The notes under the pieces were generated by a model. It made no database searches, had not been told where the DNA came from, and saw only the letters and a list, made by a program, of their open reading frames with translations. From Myxococcaceae bacterium (GTDB lineage Bacteria; Myxococcota_A; Polyangia; Polyangiales; Ga0077539), in the NCBI GenBank assembly GCA_004297725.1, contig SCUS01000042.1:1048-65047 (forward strand): a stretch of DNA of 64,000 nt, in the 5' to 3' direction. Of the stretch, positions 45,630 through 54,593 are shown piece by piece. The position numbers and the translations under genes are program-made. Every line of letters starts with the position of its first letter. Within the stretch, counting starts at the first letter, position 1.

Positions 45630-47021
45630 CTACCGTCGGCGTCGCCGTGAGCGCTGCGTGGCGACCGCGCCGAGCACCAGCGCCGCCACGATCGACCCCC
45701 GCGCGCCGCCCCGGGCGCCCGCCGCGCCCACGTCGCAGGTCGTGACCTCCGTCGGTGCGACGTCGACCAGGGACTCCTCGACCGACGGCTCGCCCCCGTC
45801 GGGGTCGGTCACCGCGGCGTCGTCCTCCTCCGCGCCGCCGTCGCCGCTCTCGCCCGCATCGTCGCTCGCACCCGCGTCGTCGCTCACGCCCGCGTCGTCG
45901 CCAGCGAGCCCGCCGTCCCTCGTACCCGCGTCGTCCGCGGGCGCTCCCGCGTCGCCGACCGAGGTCCCGGCGTCCCGCAGCGGCGCCCCGGCGTCGCCCG
46001 CGCAGCCCTCGTCGATCATCCCGTCGCAGTCGTCGTCCGCCCCGTTGCCGCAGGCCTCTGCGCGCGCTGCCGCGGGCACGCAGGCCGCCATCCGCCCGCC
46101 GGCGCAGCTCACGGTGCGTCGGCACGCGCCCACCCCGCAGCTCACCGCCGCGATGCCGTCGTCCACCCGGCCGTCGCAGTCGTCGTCGACCCCGTTGCAC
46201 AGCTCCGCGACGGGCCGGCCCGCGGTGCACGTCGCCATGCGTCCGCCGGTGCAGCTCGCGGTGCGCCGGCACGCGCCCACCCCGCAGCTCACCGCCGCGA
46301 TGCCGTCGTCCACCCGGCCGTCGCAGTCGTCGTCACGCCCGTTGCACACCTCCGCGGAGGGCGCGCAGATGCGCCAGAAGGCCGCCCCCACCTCGCTCTG
46401 CACCGAGAGCGTCGCGTCGCGGTAGCGCGCGGCCTGCGAGGCCGATCCGCAGGCGCCGTTGTAGCGGCACGCCAGGATGGCGACCCAGCGGGTGAAGCGC
46501 GCGTCGGTGCGAGCGACGGTCATGCCGTTCATCCACGCGAGGGCCTCGGCGCGGTTGTCCACCCCGGCGACCTCCTGGTCGACGATGTTGACGACGAAGT
46601 CCACGGCGTGGCGGATGTTGCCGTCGAGCGTGAGGATGTCTCGGCCGTCGCGCGCCAGCGTCTGCGAGAAGGTGCCGCCGTCGAACTGGAACATCCCCAG
46701 GCCGCCCTGCTGCGCCGAGCAGGGTCCGTCCGAGGCGCCAGCGATCACCGGGCCGCCGCCGCAGCTCGTCGAGTTGGGCCCGCGGCACGCCCAGGTCGCC
46801 TCCGACCAGCAGTGCGACAGGCCCGTCTCGACCTGCGCGATGCCCGCGAGCAGCACCCCGTTGGTGAGCCCCGCCGCCGCCGCCACGTCGCGGATGCGCT
46901 GGAGCCTCGGGCGCCGCGCGGCGCCGGTGAGCCCCTGGATGTCCGTGTCGATGTTGCCGTCGTCGTCGATGGGCGCGCACGCCGCGAAGAAGGCCACGGC
47001 CACCAGCGCAAGGCGCTGCAT
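45630..47021 (-). CDS. Secreted lipoprotein with an SLT/lysozyme-like domain, duplicated MopE-type Cys-rich modules, an acidic linker and a MYXO-CTERM-like tail
   Basis: Lipobox FFAAC (start ATG 47021, MQRLALVAV). SLT-like GIAQVETGLSHC and GGLGMFQFD. Two copies of CNGxDDDCDGRVDDGIAAVSCGVGACRRT. C-terminus C[34 protein letters not shown]. Confidence 0.7.
   Translation of the reverse strand: MQRLALVAVAFFAACAPIDDDGNIDTDIQGLTGAARRPRLQRIRDVAAAAGLTNGVLLAGIAQVETGLSHCWSEATWACRGPNSTSCGGGPVIAGASDGPCSAQQGGLGMFQFDGGTFSQTLARDGRDILTLDGNIRHAVDFVVNIVDQEVAGVDNRAEALAWMNGMTVARTDARFTRWVAILACRYNGACGSASQAARYRDATLSVQSEVGAAFWRICAPSAEVCNGRDDDCDGRVDDGIAAVSCGVGACRRTASCTGGRMATCTAGRPVAELCNGVDDDCDGRVDDGIAAVSCGVGACRRTVSCAGGRMAACVPAAARAEACGNGADDDCDGMIDEGCAGDAGAPLRDAGTSVGDAGAPADDAGTRDGGLAGDDAGVSDDAGASDDAGESGDGGAEEDDAAVTDPDGGEPSVEESLVDVAPTEVTTCDVGAAGARGGARGSIVAALVLGAVATQRSRRRRR
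46120..46334. repeat. Intragenic 147-bp duplication with a 68-bp identical core (46120-46187 and 46267-46334)
   Basis: Direct comparison of the two stretches cggcacgcgcccaccccgcagctcaccgccgcgatgccgtcgtccacccggccgtcgcagtcgtcgtc. Confidence 0.9.
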
Positions 47022-47267
47022 CGTCGTGCGGAGGGGATGGGCCTGGGCGGTCATCGATGGCGGCTTTCTTCGGGTGGACGAGCGGACCGTCTCGGGCACC
47101 CGCTCTGCCAGCGGCGTACCACCCTCGGAGAGCACGGACTCCTACGGGAATTTCAGCCGATCGTGAGGGTCCGCGCTGGGGGCGCATGGTCAGCGTGGGC
47201 TCCCTCGGGGCCTCCGATCGATGGGGCTCCGGTGACCACCGGGAGAGGAGTGGGGGCAGCCGGGTGG

Positions 47268-47915
47268 CTACGGCGCTCGACGCAGCGTCGGGTGCACTTC
47301 GACGTCGCCGCCTGCGGTCACGGTGACCTGCTGCGACGTGGTCGGCAGTCGCTCGCTCCAGACCTTGAGCGTGTAGGTCCCCGGGGGGACGTTGGGGATG
47401 CGGAAGGCCCCTTCGGCGTCGGTGACGGCGAAGTAGGGATTCGCCAGCACCACGACGAAGCTCTGCATCTCGGGGTGAATCTGGCAGAGCTGACGGAAGA
47501 CGCCGACCTGCGCGAAGGGGGTGGAGCGCACCTCGCCCTGCGGCCACGAGCCCAGGTTGTACCGGGTGCCGTCGGGGGTGAAGACGTTGTGGCGGACGTT
47601 GTCGCTGTTGAGGAAATCCACCGTGGTGCCTCGCAGGACGGCGAGCACGTGGGGGATGAACTGCAGCCCGCGCTGATCGACCCGGGCGTGCGCGGGGGGC
47701 GGGCGGAAGGTCCCGGGGACGGTCTCGAGGTAGACCACCGCCGAGGCGCGGGCCGCGGCCGGGCGGGCGTCCACGGTGCCATGGAGCGCCCCGCTCGGAG
47801 GGCTCGGCTGCGCCGAAGCGATGGACGCGTGGGCGAAGACACCCAGCGCACACGCGGCCGCCAGCAGCGCGGACGAGCGACGGTCGGTCGAGGAATCAAT
47901 GGAGCGGTCGGTCAT
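47268..47915 (-). CDS. Type-1 copper (amicyanin-type cupredoxin) domain fused to a CarboxypepD_reg-like beta-sandwich, secreted
   Basis: Signal peptide ending ASIASAQ. Copper ligand set DNVRHNVF ... C-Q-I-H-P-E-M (C-x2-H-x2-M, as in amicyanin). C-terminal FAVTDAEGAFRIPNVPPGTYTLKVW. Confidence 0.75.
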   Translation of the reverse strand: MTDRSIDSSTDRRSSALLAAACALGVFAHASIASAQPSPPSGALHGTVDARPAAARASAVVYLETVPGTFRPPPAHARVDQRGLQFIPHVLAVLRGTTVDFLNSDNVRHNVFTPDGTRYNLGSWPQGEVRSTPFAQVGVFRQLCQIHPEMQSFVVVLANPYFAVTDAEGAFRIPNVPPGTYTLKVWSERLPTTSQQVTVTAGGDVEVHPTLRRAP

Positions 47916-47951
47916 GGCTACACCTCTCGAAGCGTGGAAGGGCCGTTGGAG

Positions 47952-49901
47952 TCAGCGTGCATGGCGCGCACCGTGGATGGGCGTGCGAGGGGAGGGCGCC
48001 CACCCCCGGAGGAAGGCCACGAGGTCGGCGACCTGGGCCGGGAGCAGCCGGGCGCGGAGCGCGTCGCCGGTGCCGAAGCGGGGCATCTCGGTGCCGGGGA
48101 AGCCCCGCACGATCGACGCCGTGAGGTGGTCGTCCGTCGCGGAGGCGAGGAAGCCTGCGTTGCGGAGCGAGGGCCCCCGGCCGCCCTCGCCGCGTCGTCC
48201 GTGGCAGGTCGCGCAGTGCGTCGCGAAGAGGCCCTCGCCGCGCGCGGCGTCGCCGGGCCGCCGGGTCCAGCCGGTGCGCGCCATCGGCGGGGGCGGCAGC
48301 GCTCGGACCGTCGCCACCAGGGCCCGGAGGCTCCTCGCGTCGAGGTGGCGAAACGAGCGCATGGCCGTGTCGTTCACGCCGTTGGTGAGCGTCCCGAGGA
48401 TGGGGCTGTCCGCGCGGGTGGTGAGGTTGTCGGGCGCTCCGAGCGGAGGCGCGATGAGGTTTCCCTCCCCGCGATCGCCGTGGCATCCCGCGCAATTCTC
48501 CGCGAAGAGCCGTAGGCCGAGGGCCTCGTCGACCGGCTCCGCGAGCACCGCCTCGGGCTCCGGGCTCGCGCGCATGAAGCCCCGCAGGTAGCCCACCAGC
48601 GCGTCGATCTCGGCGGGACGGAGCCCCGTGTCCGTCGAGCCGAACGCGGGCATCAGCCGACCCGGTCGGCCGCGGGCGATGCTCTCTCGCAGGTAGCGAT
48701 CCTCCGCGATGGCCAGGAACTCCGGGTCGCCGATGGGGGGCACGCGCGACGCGAGCGTGGGCAGCTTCGATCCCTCGCCGCGACGTCCGTGACAGCCCAC
48801 GCAGAACACTCCGAAGAGCGACTCGCCATCCGCGGCGAAGTCACGCTGTCGCAGCCCGAGGCCCCGGACGCGGTCGGGCGGCGCCTGCTCGAGGGGCATC
48901 GTCGCCGCGCGGAGCGAGAGCACATAGGTCGTCAGGAGCCCGGCGGCCTCGTCGGACAGCCCGAGGCCGGGCATCGCGCTCTCGGGCACGACGGACTGCG
49001 GGTCGAGGAAGTGCGCGCGCAGCCAGCCTGGCAGCGTATGCGGCCCTCGCACGGCGCTGAAGTCGAGGCCCTCCATGGGGCGGCGGCCCTCGCCCGTGAG
49101 GTCGGGTCCGACGTCGCCGCCCACCCCTTCGATGCGATGGCAGCCGCGGCAGCCGGACTCCGCCGCGAGCATCCTCGCCGCCATGAGACGGGGCGCCCCG
49201 ACCAGGGTGGAGAGCCACGCCGTGACGGGCGCGATCTCCTCGTCGGCGAGCGGTCCGAAGGAGACGTCGCCGACGGTGCGGCCCAGGTGGGTCGCGTGCC
49301 AGTCGGCGGGGACCCCGCGCAGCCCGACGCTCCGCAGGTCGCGCTCGCCCGAGTGGCAGTCGCGACAGCGGACCTCCTCGACGATGCGCCGTCCCTGCTC
49401 GGCCGCCGCGCGGCTCGGCGTGGGGAGGTGCGAGTGGCAGCTCCCGCACCCGGCCTCGACGTCGGCCCGGGCGAGCAGGGCCTCGCCGCGGAAGCGGACC
49501 TCGCCGTGGGCCTCGCGCTGGCTGGTCGCGCGCCCCTCGCCGCCGTGGCATGGCGTGCAGCCGAGCTTGCGCGGATCGTGCGGGATGACCGGGTGCGCCG
49601 CGAAGAGGCGATCGCCCTCGATGGGGCGCGCGACCCCGGCGGAGAGATGGCAGGTCGGGCAGCGATCGACGACGCCGCGCTCGGGGATCCAGACCTGCTT
49701 GATGCCCACCGTGACGGGTCGCCCGTGGGTGCGGGCGACGAGCGTGTTGTATCGCCGCTGTATCCGGCGCCACCCGGTGAAGTAGCTGCGCGCCGGGGCC
49801 AGCGCGAGCGTCGCGACGAGCAGCACCGACAGGATCGCCAGCGCCGCGAGGAGCGCCGTGAAGTGCAGCGGAGGTCCGGCGGTTGGGGCCTTGCTCTTCA
49901 C
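47952..49901 (-). CDS. Membrane-anchored octaheme c-type cytochrome (5 N-terminal plus 3 C-terminal class-I-like heme sites)
   Basis: N-terminal TM helix. Eight CxxCH motifs: CPTCH, CTPCH, CGSCH, CRDCH, CRGCH, CVGCH, CAGCH, CATCH. Its start overlaps the cytochrome b stop by 4 nt. Confidence 0.85.
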   Translation of the reverse strand: MKSKAPTAGPPLHFTALLAALAILSVLLVATLALAPARSYFTGWRRIQRRYNTLVARTHGRPVTVGIKQVWIPERGVVDRCPTCHLSAGVARPIEGDRLFAAHPVIPHDPRKLGCTPCHGGEGRATSQREAHGEVRFRGEALLARADVEAGCGSCHSHLPTPSRAAAEQGRRIVEEVRCRDCHSGERDLRSVGLRGVPADWHATHLGRTVGDVSFGPLADEEIAPVTAWLSTLVGAPRLMAARMLAAESGCRGCHRIEGVGGDVGPDLTGEGRRPMEGLDFSAVRGPHTLPGWLRAHFLDPQSVVPESAMPGLGLSDEAAGLLTTYVLSLRAATMPLEQAPPDRVRGLGLRQRDFAADGESLFGVFCVGCHGRRGEGSKLPTLASRVPPIGDPEFLAIAEDRYLRESIARGRPGRLMPAFGSTDTGLRPAEIDALVGYLRGFMRASPEPEAVLAEPVDEALGLRLFAENCAGCHGDRGEGNLIAPPLGAPDNLTTRADSPILGTLTNGVNDTAMRSFRHLDARSLRALVATVRALPPPPMARTGWTRRPGDAARGEGLFATHCATCHGRRGEGGRGPSLRNAGFLASATDDHLTASIVRGFPGTEMPRFGTGDALRARLLPAQVADLVAFLRGWAPSPRTPIHGARHAR

Positions 49902-51265
49902 AGGTACAGCCCGCTGCGCCAGGGGTAGACGAAGCTCCAGCCTGGTCCTCGGAAGAGGGTGCCCACCACCGTGAGCACCACGACGATCACCAGGAACCAG
50001 GTGAAGATCCAGAAGGGGAGGCTGCGCTCACGTATCGCCCTCGCCGCACCGCGCTTTCCTTGCACGAAGGCGCCGAGGCTCATCACGACGCCGATGCCCC
50101 AGAGCGGGACCATGATGGCCCACACCGGGTGCGCTCCGGACTTCCAGAAGAGGGCGGTGAGCAGCGCGATGGCGGCCCAGAGTCGGGCGAGCGTGCGTCT
50201 GCGCGGAGACTCCCAGAGCGGTCGCCGATCGAGGTTGATCTGGAAGTACGGTATCGCCGCGAGCGCGACCAGCGTCAGCACGGGGAGCAGCACGCCGGAG
50301 ATGGAAGGGCGCCAGTAGTGGAGAAGCTCCTGGAGCCCGAGGAAGTACCACGGTGACTTCGCCGGGTTGGGCGTGCGGTCGGGGTTGGCGATGTCCTCGA
50401 GCGGCGCGTCGGCGAGCAGCGCCCCGAGGCTCAGCGCGAGGGTGAGCGCGACGCCCGCGACGCCCTCCCGCAGCAGCAGGTGCGGAAAGGTCATCGCGGT
50501 GGGCTCGTCGGCGGGCTCGTCGCCCGAGGACTCGACGCTCCCCGGGCGCGGGGGAAGGTAGATCCCGCGGTCCTTGCGGATGCGCCAGATGTGCAGGCCG
50601 ATGCCGAAGCCGACCGCGAGGGGCAGCACGACGCAGTGGAGGACATAGAAGCGGATCAGCGTGCTCTCGCCGATGCGCCCGGCGCCGAGCAGCAGCCGCT
50701 TGATCCAGTCGCCGAGAAAGGGGGTGGCGCCGGCCATGTTGGTGCCGACCGTGACTGCCCAGTAGGCGAGCTGATCCCACGGCAGGAGATACCCGGTATA
50801 GGAGAGCAGCACCGTGCCCACGAAGAGGAGCACCCCGATGACCCAATTGAACTCCCTGGGTGGTCGATAGGCCTTCCGATAGAAGGTCAGGGCCATGTGG
50901 GCGAAGACCAGGGCGACCATCGCGTGCGCGGCCCAGCGGTGGAGGTTGCGCTGGAACATTCCAGTGAACACCACGAACTCGATGTCCTTCATGTCGTGAT
51001 AGGCCTGCGGGACGGCCGGACGATAGAAGAACATCAACAGGGTGCCGGTGATGATCAGCAGCGCGAAGCACCCGATGGAGAGCCCGCCCAGGTAGAGCGT
51101 CCGGCTGAACGCGAAGGCCCGCAGCCGCGCCTTCACGGGGTGCGCGTGAAGGAAGAAGTTCGAGAAGACGAGGAGCGTGCGGTTCTTGTTGGTGTCGGGA
51201 TAGCCGTGCCGGACGATCGACTTCCAGACGCGGTTGCGGGTGAGCGCGTCGAGCAGCCGGCTCAT
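49898..51265 (-). CDS. Cytochrome b (fused b6 plus subunit IV-type) of a bc-type complex
   Basis: Typical N-terminus [21 protein letters not shown]. Conserved PEWY-region analogue [12 protein letters not shown]. More than 8 TM helices. Its start overlaps the Rieske stop by 4 nt. Confidence 0.9.
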   Translation of the reverse strand: MSRLLDALTRNRVWKSIVRHGYPDTNKNRTLLVFSNFFLHAHPVKARLRAFAFSRTLYLGGLSIGCFALLIITGTLLMFFYRPAVPQAYHDMKDIEFVVFTGMFQRNLHRWAAHAMVALVFAHMALTFYRKAYRPPREFNWVIGVLLFVGTVLLSYTGYLLPWDQLAYWAVTVGTNMAGATPFLGDWIKRLLLGAGRIGESTLIRFYVLHCVVLPLAVGFGIGLHIWRIRKDRGIYLPPRPGSVESSGDEPADEPTAMTFPHLLLREGVAGVALTLALSLGALLADAPLEDIANPDRTPNPAKSPWYFLGLQELLHYWRPSISGVLLPVLTLVALAAIPYFQINLDRRPLWESPRRRTLARLWAAIALLTALFWKSGAHPVWAIMVPLWGIGVVMSLGAFVQGKRGAARAIRERSLPFWIFTWFLVIVVVLTVVGTLFRGPGWSFVYPWRSGLYL

Positions 51266-51756
51266 GCGGGCACCGTGAAGGCGGCGCGGTCTTCGGTGAA
51301 GGCCCCGGCGTCGACGATCAGCAGTCCATCCTCGACGGAGATGGGGTGTCTGCGAAGTTCACGAACGGCCGGGCCGAGGCGCACGGTGCCTTCCGCCCGG
51401 AAGCGGCTGCCGTGGCAGGGGCACGCGAAGCCGCCCGACCCGGCCTCCGGGCGGACGATGCAGCCCAGGTGCGTGCACACCGTGGAGAGCGCGATGAAGC
51501 CGGCCTCCGTGCGCAGCAGGTAGACCTTCCCGCTGGCGAGCACCAGCACGGTGCCCACCGCGATCTCCTCGGGCCTGCCGACGGCGATGCGCTTGTCCTC
51601 CTCGTAGACGACGCTGGGCTCGATGAAGCGCAGCGTGGTGATCGCGGCCCCGAGCGCGCCGACGCCGAGCGCCCCGCCGCCGACGGCCGCGAGGAAGCGC
51701 CGTCGCGCGGACTCCTGCGAGGTCGGGGGATGCTCTAGGTCGTCGACGAGCGCCAT
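51262..51756 (-). CDS. Rieske [2Fe-2S] subunit with a Tat signal
   Basis: Tat motif [13 protein letters not shown]. Cluster boxes CTHLGC and CPCHGSRF. Start taken at ATG 51756 (MALVDDLEH). Confidence 0.9.
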   Translation of the reverse strand: MALVDDLEHPPTSQESARRRFLAAVGGGALGVGALGAAITTLRFIEPSVVYEEDKRIAVGRPEEIAVGTVLVLASGKVYLLRTEAGFIALSTVCTHLGCIVRPEAGSGGFACPCHGSRFRAEGTVRLGPAVRELRRHPISVEDGLLIVDAGAFTEDRAAFTVPA

Positions 51757-51793
51757 GGGGATGACCGGGTGGCGGGTGAAGTGGGCGCCCTCA

Positions 51794-52576
51794 TCAGTGC
51801 ACGTGACTCGGGGCTTCGGCCTCCGCGGGGGCGCTCCCCGCCGACGTCGGCGCCGCGGCGCTCGTGGGCACCACACCCCGGAGGATCACGGCGGAAAGCG
51901 TCGGGGCGTCCGCGCCCGACTCGCTCTCCACGGTCACCGCCACCTCGTGGCGCAGCGCGGTCGCGCCGAGGTTGCTGAAGGACACGGTGCCTCGGACGTA
52001 GGTGCGTCCGACGAAGGTCGCCCCGGCGCCCGCGTCGCCCGGCGCGTGCGACCCGATGAGCCAGATGCCGTAGAACATGCGCGAGCCCAGCAGCGGGAGG
52101 GAGGGCGCCGAGAGGGTGAGCGTGCCGTCCGCAAGCTCGGCGGTCGCCGTGAGCCCGGTGATGCTCCCCTCGACGGCGGCGGCGAGCGTCGCGCCGGCAG
52201 CGCCTCGGAAGAGCACGTGGATCGACGGCGCCGCGGGCGTCGCCCCCGCGCTCTCCTCGGTGATCACCACCTCGTGGACCTGCGCCCAGTCGACGCCCAG
52301 GGCGCTGCCATCGAGGAAGCTCGGCGCCGCAGCGGACAGCTCGCCCCCCCGCACCACGCGTCCGTCGTGGAGGTGCAGCCAGGCGTGCATGGCGGCGCTC
52401 GCGCCCAGAGGCTCCATGTGGGCGACCTCGACCCGCAGGGCGTTGTTGAGATAGCTGGTCTGAGCGCGCGGCCAGCCCTCCTCCGCGGCGAGCTGGACGT
52501 GACGCCGCACGGGCTCCTCGCCGCACGCAGGGAGCAGCGCGGAGAGGGCGAGAATGCAGTGTGCGAAGCGGTTCAT
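51794..52576 (-). CDS. Hypothetical lipoprotein in the bc operon
   Basis: Lipobox LLPAC. GGAGAG lies 8 nt upstream of ATG 52576. No recognised motif. Confidence 0.55.
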   Translation of the reverse strand: MNRFAHCILALSALLPACGEEPVRRHVQLAAEEGWPRAQTSYLNNALRVEVAHMEPLGASAAMHAWLHLHDGRVVRGGELSAAAPSFLDGSALGVDWAQVHEVVITEESAGATPAAPSIHVLFRGAAGATLAAAVEGSITGLTATAELADGTLTLSAPSLPLLGSRMFYGIWLIGSHAPGDAGAGATFVGRTYVRGTVSFSNLGATALRHEVAVTVESESGADAPTLSAVILRGVVPTSAAAPTSAGSAPAEAEAPSHVH

Positions 52577-52595
52577 CGGATAGCTCTCCATCTCT

Positions 52596-53924
52596 CTAGA
52601 AGCCGAGGGCGACGGTTCCCTGGAGCGCCGTGAAGTCGAGGTGCCCTTCGCTGGGCTGCTCGAAGATGGCAGTCACGGAGGTGCGGATGTTGGCCCGGAC
52701 GAGCGCGTAGACCTGTCCGATGAGTCGGGTGCGCGCGTGCCCGTCGACGTAGTTCTGCTCCGCCCGGATGCCCGGGACGAGCCAGGGGAAGAGCACGTAG
52801 TCCACCTGGGCCATCCAGTGGTGGGTGGTGGGCGAGAGCGTCGGGTCGGCCAGCGAGGGGCGCGAGTTGCCACCCATCGAGTACGCCGCGATCAGGATCA
52901 GGTCGCCGAGGTGGGCGTTGATGTCCGCGCCCGCCACGACGAAGCGGTCTTCCTGCGTGGCCGCCGCGGGATTGCCGATGAGCGCCCGTCCGAGATATCC
53001 GAAGACGCCGAACTGGATGCTCCACTCCCTCCATGGCTGGGGGGCGGCGATGTCCACGTCGCCCGCGGAGCTCATCCCGTCGAGGCGCAGCCCGCCGAAC
53101 TTGTAGCCGAGGCGCCCGTAGACGTCCTTGGGGAGGTTGAGCTGGTTGCCCGCGCCTTCGACGAGCCCGAGCGCATAGGTGCCGCGCCCCCGTACCGCGA
53201 CGCCGGAGGCCTCGAGGCCGAGCTGCGTGGGCTCGAGGGTGAACTGGTTGTCCCGCACCGGGGTCCCGACGATCCAGGGCATCGGGCCCGGGAGCCGGTG
53301 CATCGAGAAGCCGAAGACGCCAGGCTCGAAGCGCCCCACGCGGAGGTTGAGGTACGGCCTGCGGAAGGGGGTCACCGAGAGGAACGCGCGCTCCAACGAG
53401 ACCGAGGCGGTCTCGCCGGTGCCGGCCGAGACGTTCACCCCGGCCCAGGCCGAGAAGCGCTCTCCCAGGTTCGCCGCGGCGGTGACGCGGACGGTGCCTC
53501 CGAGCCCGGCGAAGCTCGCCCTCGCGGGGTCGCTACGGTCGTAGGAGGCCGTGGACGACATGAAGACGGCGAGCGGAATCGCGCTGGGGATCTCGCCCGG
53601 CCACACCGAGTTGGGGAAGAGGTCGCGGTATGCGCTGGCGCCCAGGGCCAGGGGCTCCTGACGTCGGAAGTCCTCGTCCTGCCCGCCCGGAAAGCGGTGG
53701 CCGTTGCGTCGGAAGGCCTCCCCGAAGGGCGTCAACCTCGGAAACACCACGTGGCAGGTCTGACAGCTCGTTCCGTAGCGACGCGCGAAGGCCGGGACCG
53801 CCTCCGAAGGGCGCGGTGCGAGGAGGCCAGCCAGGCACAGCACCGCGAGCAACCACGCTCGCTGCCGTACGAGTGCCGCGATCAGCGCCGACGAGATGCA
53901 GGCATGCGCCTTGAGCTGGTCCAT
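52596..53924 (-). CDS. Outer-membrane beta-barrel-type protein with an N-terminal CxxCH heme-binding motif
   Basis: Signal peptide ending PSEA. AFARRYGTSCQTCHVVFPRLTPFGEAFRRNGHRFPG follows immediately. The rest shows an alternating amphipathic beta pattern and ends with the aromatic C-terminus TVALGF. Confidence 0.7.
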   Translation of the reverse strand: MDQLKAHACISSALIAALVRQRAWLLAVLCLAGLLAPRPSEAVPAFARRYGTSCQTCHVVFPRLTPFGEAFRRNGHRFPGGQDEDFRRQEPLALGASAYRDLFPNSVWPGEIPSAIPLAVFMSSTASYDRSDPARASFAGLGGTVRVTAAANLGERFSAWAGVNVSAGTGETASVSLERAFLSVTPFRRPYLNLRVGRFEPGVFGFSMHRLPGPMPWIVGTPVRDNQFTLEPTQLGLEASGVAVRGRGTYALGLVEGAGNQLNLPKDVYGRLGYKFGGLRLDGMSSAGDVDIAAPQPWREWSIQFGVFGYLGRALIGNPAAATQEDRFVVAGADINAHLGDLILIAAYSMGGNSRPSLADPTLSPTTHHWMAQVDYVLFPWLVPGIRAEQNYVDGHARTRLIGQVYALVRANIRTSVTAIFEQPSEGHLDFTALQGTVALGF

Positions 53925-53963
53925 TCGATTGCCTCCGCGCGGGGAACCGTCGCCCCGGCGACC

Positions 53964-54317
53964 TCAGTGCCCGTGGTGCGCGTCTGCCGCAGCGTCGGCC
54001 ATGTCCTGGTGCGGGGCGTCCACGGCGGCGTCCGCGGAGGCGTCCGCGGAGGCGTCCACGGAGGCGTCGGTCACGCCGCTGTCGGTCGGCGGCACGCAGG
54101 CGGCGAAGCACTCGGCCTGGCGGGCGCGACACGTCGTGGCGTTGTTGGAGTCACCGACCTCGTGGCACTCGGTCGGTAGCCCGGGAATCGACGCGTAGGG
54201 GTGACAGCGCGCGGTGATGGCCGAGCAGATCGGGTCCGTGACCGCCGCGACCGTCGGGCTGGGATCCGAGCAGCCGACGATGCCAGCAGCGAAGAGGACG
54301 AGTGCGATTGTCTTCAA
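53964..54317 (-). CDS. Small Cys-rich lipoprotein with a (DAS/VA)n repeat and a His-rich C-terminus
   Basis: Lipobox IVGC. Six further Cys residues. C-terminus DASVDASADASADAAVDAPHQDMADAAADAHHGH. High GC3. Confidence 0.6.
   Translation of the reverse strand: MKTIALVLFAAGIVGCSDPSPTVAAVTDPICSAITARCHPYASIPGLPTECHEVGDSNNATTCRARQAECFAACVPPTDSGVTDASVDASADASADAAVDAPHQDMADAAADAHHGH
54015..54074. repeat. Coding tandem repeat, 12-bp unit x5 (GGCGTCCRCGGA)
   Basis: Read directly. It encodes the DASxDASADASA segment on the minus strand. Confidence 0.9.
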
Positions 54318-54464
54318 GGGAGTGCCTCGTAGCGGAAGGAGTCATTGCCAGCGCAATCGGGACCCGAGCGGTCGCGCGCCAGGCACAACCACCGTCACCA
54401 CCACCGGACGCCGGTGTGCGGGCGCTGAGCAATGTTCGCGCCTCGGCTGTGGCGCGCGCTCCGT

Positions 54465-54491
54465 CACTGAAAATAGAAAGTGAGAGTGATG
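54465..54491 (+). promoter_or_regulatory. AT-rich island (cactgaaaatagaaagtgagagtgatg) in a divergent intergenic region; possible promoter element for the hybrid kinase gene
   Basis: This is the only markedly AT-rich stretch in the 276-bp spacer, about 105 bp upstream of ATG 54594. No consensus -35/-10 could be assigned. Confidence 0.2.
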
Positions 54492-54593
54492 CGCCGACCT
54501 GGGACGTCGTCAGGGGTCGGTGCAAGACCTGCGCGGTCAGCGCAAGCGCCGGTGAGGCGCCGTGCGGTGCACTGCTCGTGGCAGAATGCGGGC

